In this document: one piece after another, positions 1 to 10,421 of the stretch
Layout of the letters: every line of letters begins with the position of its first letter
Numbering within the stretch: the stretch's first letter is position 1
Assembly (NCBI GenBank): GCA_010093815.1
Contig: ML996565.1
Reading direction: 5' to 3' (one strand)
Source of the DNA: Pseudovirgaria hyperparasitica
Taxonomy: Eukaryota
DNA: 64,000 nt
Notes under the pieces: generated by a model
What the model was told of the DNA's origin: nothing
Seen by the model: only the letters and a program-made list of their open reading frames with translations
Database searches by the model: none
Translations under genes and position numbers: made by a program

Positions 1-952
1 GTATCATATGTCGACAAATGTATCGCAGTTCTATACGCGTAAAATCTATAACAACGCCCTATACGCGCGCTACGGAGCTCCTTCGTCGCTAGAAGACTAT
101 CTACTGAAGGTAGGGATCATGGACTACGAAGCGACGCGCGCCCAGTTCGAAGCCTATAGCATGCGGAAATCAGCTGACCACCCGGCGACCGGCTTGATAT
201 ACTGGATGTTGAACAACGCCTGGCCGAGCTTGCATTGGCAGCTGTTCGACTACTATCTCAAGCCAACTGCAGCATACTATGGGGTCAAGAATGCCCTGAG
301 AATGGAGAATGCCGCATTCGATTACGGCGATGGGAGCGTGTGGGTGTATAGCCACCTGCCGTTCACCTCAGGGACACGAAGTGTCGCTGTGGACGTTATT
401 GACCTGAAAGGAAATGAGCTTGCACACCATGAGAAAAAATTTGACCTGTTGGCGAACAGAGCGCAGCAAGTCATTGAGCACCTGAACATACCTACTGATG
501 CTGGTGTCGTCGCCCTCAGAATTATCATGAAGAATGAAGACGACAGAGTCTTGAGTCGCAGCGTTTACACACTCCCTCCTTCTCCAGACGCTCTCGATTG
601 GGATGCTTCGACGTGGTATCACACGCCCGTCTCGAAATACGCCGATTTGACATGCCTCTTCCACATGGGTCAGTCAAAGATTGCTCTCAAATCTCTCGGT
701 TCATCGTATAATAATATATCTGGGGAGGCTACCTGGGAAGTCAATAACACAGCGAAAGTCCCGGCATTCTTCATTAAGTTTAACATCGTAGATGGGAGTG
801 GTAAAGATGTTAGTAGTGCAGTGTGGGAAGATAACTTTGTAACATTATGGCCAGGGGAGAGTATAAACGTCAATGTAAGGTGGAGGGGAGCGGACCGGGT
901 GAGTGTCATGGTGGAGGGATTGAATATAGACAGGGTAGAGCTGGAAATCTAG
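1..952 (+). CDS. GH2 exo-beta-D-glucosaminidase-like protein, 3' part (5' end lies outside the window)
   Basis: Frame open from the window edge. Motifs YEATRAQFEAY, TGLIYWMLNNAWPSLHWQLFDYYL and WEDNFVTLWPGE are typical of CsxA/Gls93-type GH2 enzymes. TAG at 950-952. Confidence 0.85.
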   Translation, partial: YHMSTNVSQFYTRKIYNNALYARYGAPSSLEDYLLKVGIMDYEATRAQFEAYSMRKSADHPATGLIYWMLNNAWPSLHWQLFDYYLKPTAAYYGVKNALRMENAAFDYGDGSVWVYSHLPFTSGTRSVAVDVIDLKGNELAHHEKKFDLLANRAQQVIEHLNIPTDAGVVALRIIMKNEDDRVLSRSVYTLPPSPDALDWDASTWYHTPVSKYADLTCLFHMGQSKIALKSLGSSYNNISGEATWEVNNTAKVPAFFIKFNIVDGSGKDVSSAVWEDNFVTLWPGESINVNVRWRGADRVSVMVEGLNIDRVELEI

Positions 953-1648
953 ATGGTGTTACTGGGTTTAACGTATCACGATAATCAAACAGACTAAAAA
1001 GCCGTCACTGTCATTGTTATTTCTTTATCCCATCATACCAGATGGATAGCGTTCACACGCGCCCAATATTCACAACCTGAAACTCCAATCATAACGTATC
1101 GTATAAGCATTCAAATCACATCTCGAGATCTGTGTCCAAGCAAAGCCTTGGGAGTCAAGTACCGAATACTTATTCCCAATCCCTGTTTCGATACTTTAAC
1201 ATAGCTCTCTTGAAAGACCACTTATCGATGCATTGTCTTAGTGTGATTGTGATCTGTATGCGCCCGATGAGGCTTTAAGAGCTCCTGTAAATGATAGATT
1301 TTGAGCACGTTTTTCCAGCCACTTGTTTCTGCAACACTGCTTGAGATTCAATAGGCTTTACGAGTATACAAAGAAGCACTCACGAGAAGCTTCAATGGGA
1401 AAGGTCGAGATTGACTAGAACAACGTCGTAGGCGCTTTATTGAGGTTGCTCACTGATCGGCTGCTCCTATTTATTATGGAGCCATGTCCATAGGGTTTGG
1501 GACGATGCACTGTGTCGAGAACGATAAGGGCCACACCGTATGATCAAGTACATTCCTTTCAAGCCTGTTAATTCCTCTAGCGGTTTTGATTGTTTGTATG
1601 TGAATACCTCCACTCATTAGCTCGAATGAGAGATATGAGCTTATAGCT

Positions 1649-2215
1649 CTACACATCTAGTTCAACCCTTTCTGTCCGAAGTATCTCTTTCATCTCATCG
1701 TACAGCTTCGAATTCGGAACCATCCATCTTCTACCTCCACGGAAAGTCTTTCTCCGCAGCCTATTGACGTAAGGGATTAGTGGCTGGTAATACGGTGTAA
1801 AGAGCCTCTTTGTATCGTTTATGTCAATCCTTCTCGGCACCATGAGTACCAGCCTTTAGCGTAGCTAGTTTTAGGTCGTTTTCATAGTTCCAGCAGTCAT
1901 ACTCTGTTGCTCCTATAGTATTATTACCCGGCCCGTCATAGTGAATGCATAACCAGAACAACACCCAGAAGAACGACTCTCTAGGTCGTGCATGTAAGAA
2001 TGTTGTTCATCGTCTAGAAGCACGCCGATTACCATGAACGCTCGAGTACCGGTCTTCCCTCGTGCTCCTGAAGACTTCTCCCGCTGCTCCTTGATGGCAA
2101 GATTGAGATCGATCAAGATTGCGGGCCAGGAGAGGCTGCCATGCTCCTCATTCACCATAAGATTATTTGGCGAGATATCACATTGTATAGTATACCGACC
2201 TGTGCGTGTAGATCG
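1649..2215 (-). pseudogene. Fungal-specific protein kinase (FunK1/Pkinase_fungal) C-terminal fragment, frameshifted
   Basis: Joining frames gives GIL/QCDISPNNLMVNE...LIDLNLAI...KTGTRAFM...HDLE/SFFWVLFWLCIHYDGPG.../FTPYYQPLIPYVNRLRR. At least three frameshifts, and no N-terminal part is visible. Confidence 0.85.
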
Positions 2216-2527
2216 TAAGGAAAAGTACAGATAACTAGGAATATGTTGGATTTTTGAGCAAGTGAGAATAATTAATAATGATAAGAATCGTAGCCGGGCA
2301 GCTTCAGGGCTGAACTAAGACCCTTTACGTGGAGAACGCCAAGGCGCTAAGGCGCTATCTCAGTAGGCTTAGACTCTGCGGAGGTGCAGATGAGGCCTCC
2401 CGTAGTATCTTTATAATTACTAGACGCTTAAGAAATCCTCGGCTTCTAGCACTTAGTTCTGCCACTCGTGTCAATTATCTAGAACATCCTGTAGCTTGTA
2501 TATAAGCCAACCAACGAAACCTTTCGT

Positions 2528-3007
2528 ATACAACTTACACGCCATACCTACTATAGAACGGGCCTGGTCACTCTCATTCAAGGCTTTCGGCTCAGCTTTT
2601 CAGAATTTAACGATTTCCTCGAAGCAAACGACCTACCGCCGTTAGAAGACGGTTATCCTCCATTCAAAGAAGAGGCAGAGGATATCGCTAAGCTCTTTAG
2701 AGCTAAGGGAATTAGTTGCGAGGTGAAGATTTTCATGCCGTACGTGGCCGGATATGACCGTTCACACAACTTATTCATTTGCTGCAATTGGCTCCATGTC
2801 CTTGCCTCAAGAGACATTAAGGACGCGTTACGAAAGCCAGTGCCGCCCGCTTTTGGAGAGCTGTGCAAGTCCCTTCAGCCGAAGTCAAATGTCTCGGTAC
2901 ATATCGTATATAACGATGAGGATGACTTCTCATATATTCCAGAAGAGCTGGCCAAGCGCTACATGGTATACTCCCCAAGCCATAAGCTGATATATATCAC
3001 TAGCTGA
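2528..3007 (+). pseudogene. Orphan ORF (~159 codons), probably with its start codon mutated from ATG to ATA
   Basis: Frame open from 2495 to 3007 (IQLTRHTYYRTGLVTLIQGFRLSFSEFNDFLEANDLPPL...KIFMPYVAG...). No ATG in the 5' half. ATA at 2528 lies just downstream of a TATATAA box near 2498. Confidence 0.4.
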
Positions 3008-3423
3008 CTTGGATCAGGTACCGATTCAGTGTGGGATGTGCGAGGTGGGTTTCGATTCCTGGGACGATCGGATGCGACATCGCCGGGACGAGCATAAAAT
3101 AAGCGAAGAGTATAATCCACTCCCTGATTGCTAGAGTATAGACAAATTCAGCGTCATGGAGATAGCTTCCATAATGTAACGCCGTTCTATACAATAGCAA
3201 CTCGTTCCAACGAGCTGCGATAACATCGTAAGGGCCAAACAGGAAAACGACAAAAGTGTATTCAGCTCATCTAGTGTAGCAACAACTAAACGAATGATAT
3301 ACATTGGTGTGCAATGCATGATTTCTCGGAAACAAATTACCACTACATCCTTATCTGTGCTTGGCCCAATATTATATTTCCATAAACTTCCCAATGAATG
3401 TAATGTAAAGCGTGGCTCCCTCT

Positions 3424-4230
3424 TTAGACCTCGCCACGTGCCATCTTATCCATTGCTTGCACGAAAGCCCAAATCATGCGGTCTTCCGAGGCTGCAGCTC
3501 TGAAGCCAGGGTCTAGGACTATTGCTGGAAAGGGTGCTTTTCCTGGCGTTTGTTGGTTTGTTCCAAACACTAACCGCGGTTGTTGTCGGTACGGCTCCGT
3601 AGAGGCCTGAGGAAATGCCTGTAAGGCGGCGGCTAAAGACGAAGGGGTAGCAGGGCCTACAGTGGACCCTGCAACAGAGGGCTGTTCTGTGCGTTNNNNN
3701 NNNNNNNNNNNNNNNNNNNNNNNNNNNNNNNNNNNNNNNNNNNNNNNNNNNNNNNNNNNNNNNNNNNNNNNNNNNNNNNNNNNNNNNNNNNNNNNNNNNN
3801 NNNNNNNNNNNNNNNNNNNNNNNNNNNNNNNNNNNNNNNNNNNNNNNNNNNNNNNNNNNNNNNNNNNNNNNNNNNNNNNNNNNNNNNNNNNNNNNNNNNN
3901 NNNNNNNNNNNNNNNNNNNNNNNNNNNNNNNNNNNNNNNNNNNNNNNNNNNNNNNNNNNNNNNNNNNNNNNNNNNNNNNNNNNNNNNNNNNNNNNNNNNN
4001 NNNNNNNNNNNNNNNNNNNNNNNNNNNNNNNNNNNNNNNNNNNNNNGACTCTGATCACTGGATGTGCTAGTGGACCCTGCAACAGAGAGCTGTTCTGTAT
4101 GTTGTTGTGTTGCTTGACTCTGATGACTGGACGTGCTAGAGGTTTCGCTATACAGAATCCATTGATTGCCATCACTGTAGTAGCGTCCATCATCAGACCA
4201 CCAAGTACCGTCCTTAGCTTGAAAGGGCAT
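3424..4230 (-). CDS. Hypothetical protein with 23-aa Ser/Thr/Gln tandem repeats, interrupted by an assembly gap
   Basis: MPFQAKDGTWWSDDGRYYSDGNQW is followed by the STSSxQSQATQQHTEQxSVAGST unit, seen on both sides of the N run. The frame across the gap cannot be verified. Confidence 0.55.
   Translation of the reverse strand: MPFQAKDGTWWSDDGRYYSDGNQWILYSETSSTSSHQSQATQQHTEQLSVAGSTSTSSDQSXXXXXXXXXXXXXXXXXXXXXXXXXXXXXXXXXXXXXXXXXXXXXXXXXXXXXXXXXXXXXXXXXXXXXXXXXXXXXXXXXXXXXXXXXXXXXXXXXXXXXXXXXXXXXXXXXXXXXXRTEQPSVAGSTVGPATPSSLAAALQAFPQASTEPYRQQPRLVFGTNQQTPGKAPFPAIVLDPGFRAAASEDRMIWAFVQAMDKMARGEV
3661..4139. repeat. 69-bp coding tandem repeat containing a 351-N gap (3696-4046)
   Basis: GACTCTGAT starts at 4047 and 4116 (period 69). 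AGTGGACCCTGCAACAGAG occurs at 3661 and 4069. Confidence 0.85.
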
Positions 4231-4379
4231 GTTGGAAATCTCTATGCGCACACATTAGTCGTCTCCTGGTCGGAAGGGAAGGTATAGATGAACCAAACAT
4301 ACATGATCTCAAGGTGGGGCAGGGCTGTATATAGCGTAGAGTTCTCGGACCAAGGTAATCCCGTACCCGTAGTTATGTC

Positions 4380-4800
4380 ATCCGTCTATAACTTTTTCAG
4401 TGTAACTCCTATCTTAGTAAACTTAGACCTCTACGAGAAGGACGCCGAGGCGCTACGCCTTTTATAAAAGAGAGTCAAAGGCTATTTAGATATTTCTCCC
4501 TCTTAATATATACTCTATATATATGTAATCTCTAGATTTCTATATTCTTACATCTCTCTACTAAAGCTCTAATATATAATAAAGATTTAGTATTAGATTA
4601 TAGCTATAAATACTTTCTATCGTTCTAACTAATGATTTTATAAAACTAATTGATATATAGAGCTATAAGAAGAGAATCAGAGAAGTCGTTCTAGTCTTCT
4701 AAGTCTTCTAAGCTAATAGAAGCTCTATACTACAGATCTAGCTTTATACTATGTATACGTTCTCTTTACGACGAACTAAGGCTATTTAGTCGCCTTTCAA
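4380..4800. repeat. AT-rich, TpA-saturated relic consistent with RIP-mutated repeat DNA
   Basis: Abrupt drop in GC, dense TA/TAG/CTA, scarce CA/TG and frequent stop codons. The original element cannot be identified. Confidence 0.65.
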
Positions 4801-4844
4801 CTATGATACACGAATGAAGATTGCTGGCGTTGCGTACGCAGGTC

Positions 4845-6269
4845 TTAACAGGCCCGCTCATAAATCGCAAAAACCTGATTAGAATCCGCTACAAACAGCC
4901 CTTGCTGTTGCGCGTCCGCTCGACTCAGAATACAATTTTGCCAGTTTGGATTGGGGAGCTGATTGAAGGGCGCGTACTGGTATGACAAGCAAGTGCTGAC
5001 GGCGAGACAGATTGCCTTGCACTCGTCAAGACTTGAGACGTACGAGCGCGACTGGGGCAGCTTGTCAGCGATATCGTAGCTGAGACCGTGCCAGGAGCAT
5101 GTTGCGGGCGGTATGACAGGCGTGGGAGTCGGCGTAGGAGTCTCGGATGTTGGTTCGGGCGTTGGAGTAGGAGTGGGAGTCTCTGATGTAGGTTGGGGCG
5201 TGGGCGTAGGACTTGGACTCTCGGATATAGGCTCAGGCGTGGGAGTAGGGGTTGGAGTCTCGGATATAGGCTCAGGCGTGGGAGTAGGGGTTGGAGTCTC
5301 GGATATAGGCTCAGGCGTGGGAGTAGGGGTTGGAGTCTCGGATGTGGGAGTAGCAGAAGTGGGGGCGTTGGGAACAATTGAACAGTCCTTGTCGAAGGCC
5401 TGCCATATCTCGACGCGGCGTATCCTTTTCGGCGATGACTCGTGGAGTTGCCGAGCAGGTACATCGTATAGTTTACACGTACTCTGCATAATAGCATAGC
5501 TTGTGCAGACTAGTCTGGATGCGTTGTCTAAGCAGATTCTATGACACTCCTCCTGGGTCATGGGTCCGGAGGTTAGGGTCTCGAACCAGTATTCACTTCG
5601 CGTGATCTCGGTGTATATACCACAAGTAAGTGATGGCGAGCTGGTTGTGGTGGACTCCGCTGAGGTCGTCACACTAATGAAGGTCGTAGTTTCTAAAGGT
5701 GTAGGCGTGGGACTTTCTGATATCGTAGATGAGCTTGGAGTGTCTGATGTCGATGGGTTCAGAGTGAAAGTGCTCGATTCTTCCACGCTCGAGGAGGAAA
5801 AGAGAAACGTGGAAGTTGCCATGCTAGAGAAACTAGACATGAGTGGGGTCGTAGAAGGGGCTGCACCGGAAGAGGTGCTTAAGAAGGCTGTTGAAGATGC
5901 GGGTATCGCTGACGAGGAGATGCTGGGTGGTACACAGCATTTCCTGTTGCTAAAGTAGCGGCTGCCTTGTGGTGAACGTTGCACGGTCAAAGACCTAAAA
6001 GGACAATCAGAATGTGGCCTATCAATAGCAATACCAACTAGTTATCTTACACGAGCTTCATGTAAAGACGACATTGGCCTTGCCCAATGGAAAATGATTT
6101 GCAGGCTGATGCTGATTTGCATCGTGCACTGCAACCAGCTTTGGTTTGATTCTGCTTCCGTGGCCGTGATGTAGGGAAGGTAAGATTCAATTCCTTGCAC
6201 GTTGCAAGAAGTTGCTGTAGTAAGGGCAAAGCACGAAAAGAGTCCGAATACAGCAATGAGAGCCTTCAT
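4845..6269 (-). CDS. Secreted protein with three PAN/apple-like Cys domains and Ser/Thr/Pro mucin-like linkers; exon 1 has a frame disruption
   Basis: Signal peptide [19 protein letters not shown]. Repeated Cx3C-x5-8-CxS(F/Y)...CxL motifs. GT-AG intron at 5995-6050. A +1 shift is needed near 6150-6200. Confidence 0.7.
5120..5350. repeat. 39-bp coding tandem repeat ([13 protein letters not shown])
   Basis: Near-identical 39-nt units at 5231, 5270 and 5309, with degenerate flanking copies. Confidence 0.9.
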
Positions 6270-6859
6270 GTTGAAGAGAATGACGTGACCGAATTGATTA
6301 TAGAAAGACGGCGGCAAGGAAAAGAGAGATGGACTTCGGCACCCCTTTTGTAGAAAAACAGTAATTGGCATTAAACCATAACATGCCCGTTCCTAAATGC
6401 CTATATACGCGACTGAGTAATGGCGTACAGCCATTAACGCCACAATAAACATAAGTGCCGCTCGAGAGTCGAGACGGGTGCTAGACGGTTCGATCGCATA
6501 CAGCTGTGTGAAGACGATAGGAATATGATATTCTAGTCCTTATTGATTGCAATCCATTGACTGTACAGCGCTCTGAAACTGTTATTATGTGCAAGGCACG
6601 GGAAACGCGCGAAAGCAAAGAGCGACGTTTGGCCTAAAGGGATTTGCGCCAAACATCGAGATGGGATGCTAGACCGGTTCTGGTTGTATACTAAGCCGGC
6701 TGCAGCCTGAGGTGCTCAGATGCATCGAGACCTTCGCGCCAAGGATACCGAATGACTTGGGTTCCTCTTCATGTTAATCGGCGGGCGCCCCGAACAGCCA
6801 GCTTCACTAGCTAAATGGTAGCTATTTGTTCGCAATGGGGAACCACACGAGTCTAAGAA

Positions 6860-7990
6860 AGCATGTTTCTAAGAGGTAATTATTACAGAGAATGCTCGAG
6901 GGTTTAGGGGGTATCAAGTCTGGAAATACAACGGCGAGCTAGTTATAGAGTAGAAGGTAGAGTCCAGTAGAGGGGCTAGGAGATTATATGTGCGGCTAAG
7001 GGATGCCAAGAAGGACCGGTATCTGGAATTCCTGGCGTGATATACAAAAGCGCATTGGACTGAACTCCCGCGATAAATAAAAGATATGGCTGAGTGTAAA
7101 CACGGCGACTCTATACGCACCTTAATTATATAGAGCGTAAAAAGATATGCTACCTTTACTCAATAGATATTCTAATAGTTACAAGTCTAGTTATATACCC
7201 TAGTCACCTGAGTCTACTCCCCACCCTATTTCTGTGGCTCGTCTAGAGGCTTTCTGTACCGGCCACCTTCGACGCGCCGATTACTCTTTAGATGCTGGAC
7301 GAGCTGTCCCCTATAAAGCACTAGGAGATCTATAGCCGTGAACACAGGAGCTGACACTTTAGCAACTGACATTCTATGTATTGCGCGGGTGTCCGTAACG
7401 TATGTAATAGGGAAGAAGCTCGTTATAGAGCCGCGACCTTTAGTTCTGGCGTTAAATACGTTAGAGACCAGTAGGCCGACGCCAATGGATTACGATTGAA
7501 GATATCGACAGCCACGTTGTACCTAACGTTGGCAGGCGCTTCTAGATTGGAAAATAAACTATAAACCTCCAGGGCTACTTATATTAGTCTACTATATAAT
7601 GTTTTTATACAGTTCGCCGCTCTAGTGAGGCCAAAGTCTGTTCACTTGACGTAGAAGCCGCTGAGTCGGTAGAGCAGTAGGATATTCTAGAAGTTGACGA
7701 TTTCCGATCGGAGGGTTTTGTCCGTGGAGGTAACTCAGGGCCGAAAGTGATTGATTGGGGCCTGAATACTTTCGAACGTAGACATATTCGTGCAGCTGTC
7801 CAATGTCAACTGGGACCGACCGAGGGGACAATGGATTGTACTGCACAGTCGAACGCGACGATGCAGCCTGAGGCCGCGAGCGCGAAGAGGCTGCCACGAC
7901 GAACAAGAGAAAGCTGACGCGGCACTCGCTGGCTCTTACAGCTGTCACATCCAACAGATGGATCCTCGCGTCCCAGCTGCCTAGGATTGG
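6860..7990 (+). pseudogene. RIP-like inactivated coding remnant
   Basis: Protein-like frames (EVIITENARGFRGYQVWKYNGELVIE*KVE...FLA*YTKAHWTELPR*IK; SEAKVCSLDVEAAESVEQ*DILEVDDF...) are broken by isolated stops that single transitions would explain. Confidence 0.35.
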
Positions 7991-8053
7991 CGGTTAGAAT
8001 GATCAAGCACGGTTCTATGTTCTTCTTATTGGATAGAAAAACTCAACGAGGTC

Positions 8054-9009
8054 ATGCAGATGGCAGATGCAAATGTTCTGGCGGCGGCGAAACAGATGCG
8101 ACCACGACAGACACTGACGGCCAGGATCCAATTGTCGGGAACGAGAATCAGGCTTCCATCATCTGAGGCCTTTGCCACCCTGCATCTTCCTCTCAACATT
8201 ACTTCTACACGTAACGACTAATTAGTGCAGGGCAACTTGGGTACTAAGCTTGAATACAAGGCTGTAGTTATCGATTGGTGATCGATAGCGACCCCAGCGA
8301 TCGTCGTCCTCATGATTCTCGACTAGAAGCTGCACCATTATCGTTGCGCGCCGCATATGTGCGACCAACCAGCATGCTGGAAAGGCGAAGGAAATGCAAC
8401 GTAATAGCTCGTACGCATTACTTACAACATGGTGTCTGATTCCTCATCAACATGACCCGCCTGTAGCATGTCGAAGCGATCGCTTTTGCCGACGGCGCAA
8501 GAACGAAACAAGTCTATGGCGGACTACTCGCGACGTACCGGATTGTAACTACAGCTGCAACAGCAGCAGGGAAGAGTCTTCTCCTTCGGTCTGAAGAGAA
8601 AATTCGTGGGCAGTCCAGTTGTGTTCCCGAGTGTGACTGTGTATCTCTGTACCACCACCGAAGAGCCCAGAGACCAGGACATACAAGTAACTTATCGGTA
8701 GACCCGCGTGCAGGCCACGATGCAACTGCCGTGTCTCTGGGGCCCGATTTCGAGGGACCCTTTCAACTGTGCGTGGGGAAGACATGCGAAGTACAACAAT
8801 GCGGTGTTGTGATTGATCAGTCTTCACGGATAGTAACTTGTCCGAATTGCATGCACGCCTTCTCACAGACTGAGTTGCCCAGTTGGTTGTGGCAAGTGTT
8901 TGCGCAAGGAAAAATTGTTCATGCTCGTCATTTGGAGGCATTCCACTTTTTAAAGCGGCAGAAGCTTCCACGGCGAAGACTCTGGATAGAAATCAAGGAT
9001 GAGGATTGA
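8054..9009 (+). CDS. Hypothetical three-exon protein (~279 aa) with Cys pairs in the C-terminal half
   Basis: Exons 8054-8210, 8261-8400 and 8467-9009 join in phase through GT-AG introns. The last exon is open for 181 codons. No family recognised. Confidence 0.4.
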
Positions 9010-9659
9010 GATGAGGGCGAAAAGAGCGACAAGGAATCCAAAGAGTGGATTTTAGCTCAGTGGCGGCGATGGGTCGGATGAGTTTTCATGACAATGACGG
9101 AGGGTATGCAGACCACCAAGACACCAAGACCTGCCAGCGCTGCCAGCGACTTCTCAATGGTGCCAGGTACAGCATCGAGCTCATTTGCTGATGGCATTAT
9201 TCAGTCCAGGTACGCGCCAGACCATAACCATTTCGGCGTGATGGCCGATCTGGCGCTTTTACAACGCCTGGACCCGCCACGGGCTGCAGCATAGTTCCAT
9301 ACCCGATGCACACCACGCACAGTCTCCCCCTTTTCATTGGCCAACTTTGCATGCTTTGTGCCTGAATGACCCACAACGGCCTGCACAGGAGACTTTTCCT
9401 ACTAATCCATCTATAAATCCTCCATCCCCCGTCCATTCTCGCCTGATCGGCACAATACGCTTTCAACTATCCAAGCTGGGTCTTGTCCACGCTCTCTTTG
9501 CTATACAGCAACCACTCTCTATCCGAGATTCACACTCCCTTTCGCTCTAGCAGCACAGACGTCCAGCTCACAGCCAACTACACTCCTTATTACTACCATA
9601 TACCCCTTTCAACCAAACATTGACCCTACTTGGCCATATACCCTAGTCGATTCGACACA

Positions 9660-10421
9660 ATGCAGCTCATCACCATCGCCTCCGCTGCCATGGCGGCCCT
9701 ACCTATCGTCAACGCTGCTACCGCTTCCATTTACAACAAATGCGACTTTGATTTCAACATCTGGTCCGTTTCTGCCGACGGCTCTTCCGATGCCATCACC
9801 ATCAAGGCAGGTGACAAGTACACGGAGCCGTACAGGAAGCCCTCTCAGGGCGGTGTCTCGCTCAAGATGATGAACAACACCGGCTCAGCTGGTCCTGTTG
9901 GCCCAGTTTCTCAATTTGAATACACTCTGGAGGGCTTTATCTGGTATGACATGTCCAATGTCGACTGCTCCGGCCATGCTTGCCCCTTCGCACAGCACGG
10001 CTGGTACTTGGACAGCACTGATCACAATTGCCCTACTCGCAACTGTCTCGAGAATGTTGAAAAATGCATTGGAGCGTACACTTACTGGAACAACGACATC
10101 AACACCCTCTCCTGCGACTCCAACAACGACATCCAAATCTACATGTGCATTACCAGCAAGCCCGACAGCAACGATAACTACACACCAGCTCCCTCTTCCT
10201 CATCTCCAGAGGCACCAGCTTCTGAGCCCACTCAAGTTCAGGTTCAACAAGCCCAGGTAGAGGCTCCAGCTGCTCCCGTTGTTACCCCCTCGCCCGTAGA
10301 AGCGCCTCCACATGTAGTTACCGAGATCGTCTACGTGACCCAAGTCAGCTACGAGATGGTTGCGCCAAACAAACGACACGTTCACCACGCACGCCACCCA
10401 CACGCACGGCCATTAATGTAA
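9660..10421 (+). CDS. Bys1/thaumatin-like secreted protein with Pro/Ala tail
   Basis: Signal peptide, NKCDFDFNIWSV, GGVSLKM, QFEYTL..IWYDMSNVDC..CPF. Strong C-ending codon bias. Confidence 0.8.
   Translation: MQLITIASAAMAALPIVNAATASIYNKCDFDFNIWSVSADGSSDAITIKAGDKYTEPYRKPSQGGVSLKMMNNTGSAGPVGPVSQFEYTLEGFIWYDMSNVDCSGHACPFAQHGWYLDSTDHNCPTRNCLENVEKCIGAYTYWNNDINTLSCDSNNDIQIYMCITSKPDSNDNYTPAPSSSSPEAPASEPTQVQVQQAQVEAPAAPVVTPSPVEAPPHVVTEIVYVTQVSYEMVAPNKRHVHHARHPHARPLM

Noticed and set aside
5113..5958. Plus-strand Gly/Val-repeat ORFs
   Set aside because: Antisense shadows of the Thr/Pro/Ser repeats in the minus-strand gene.
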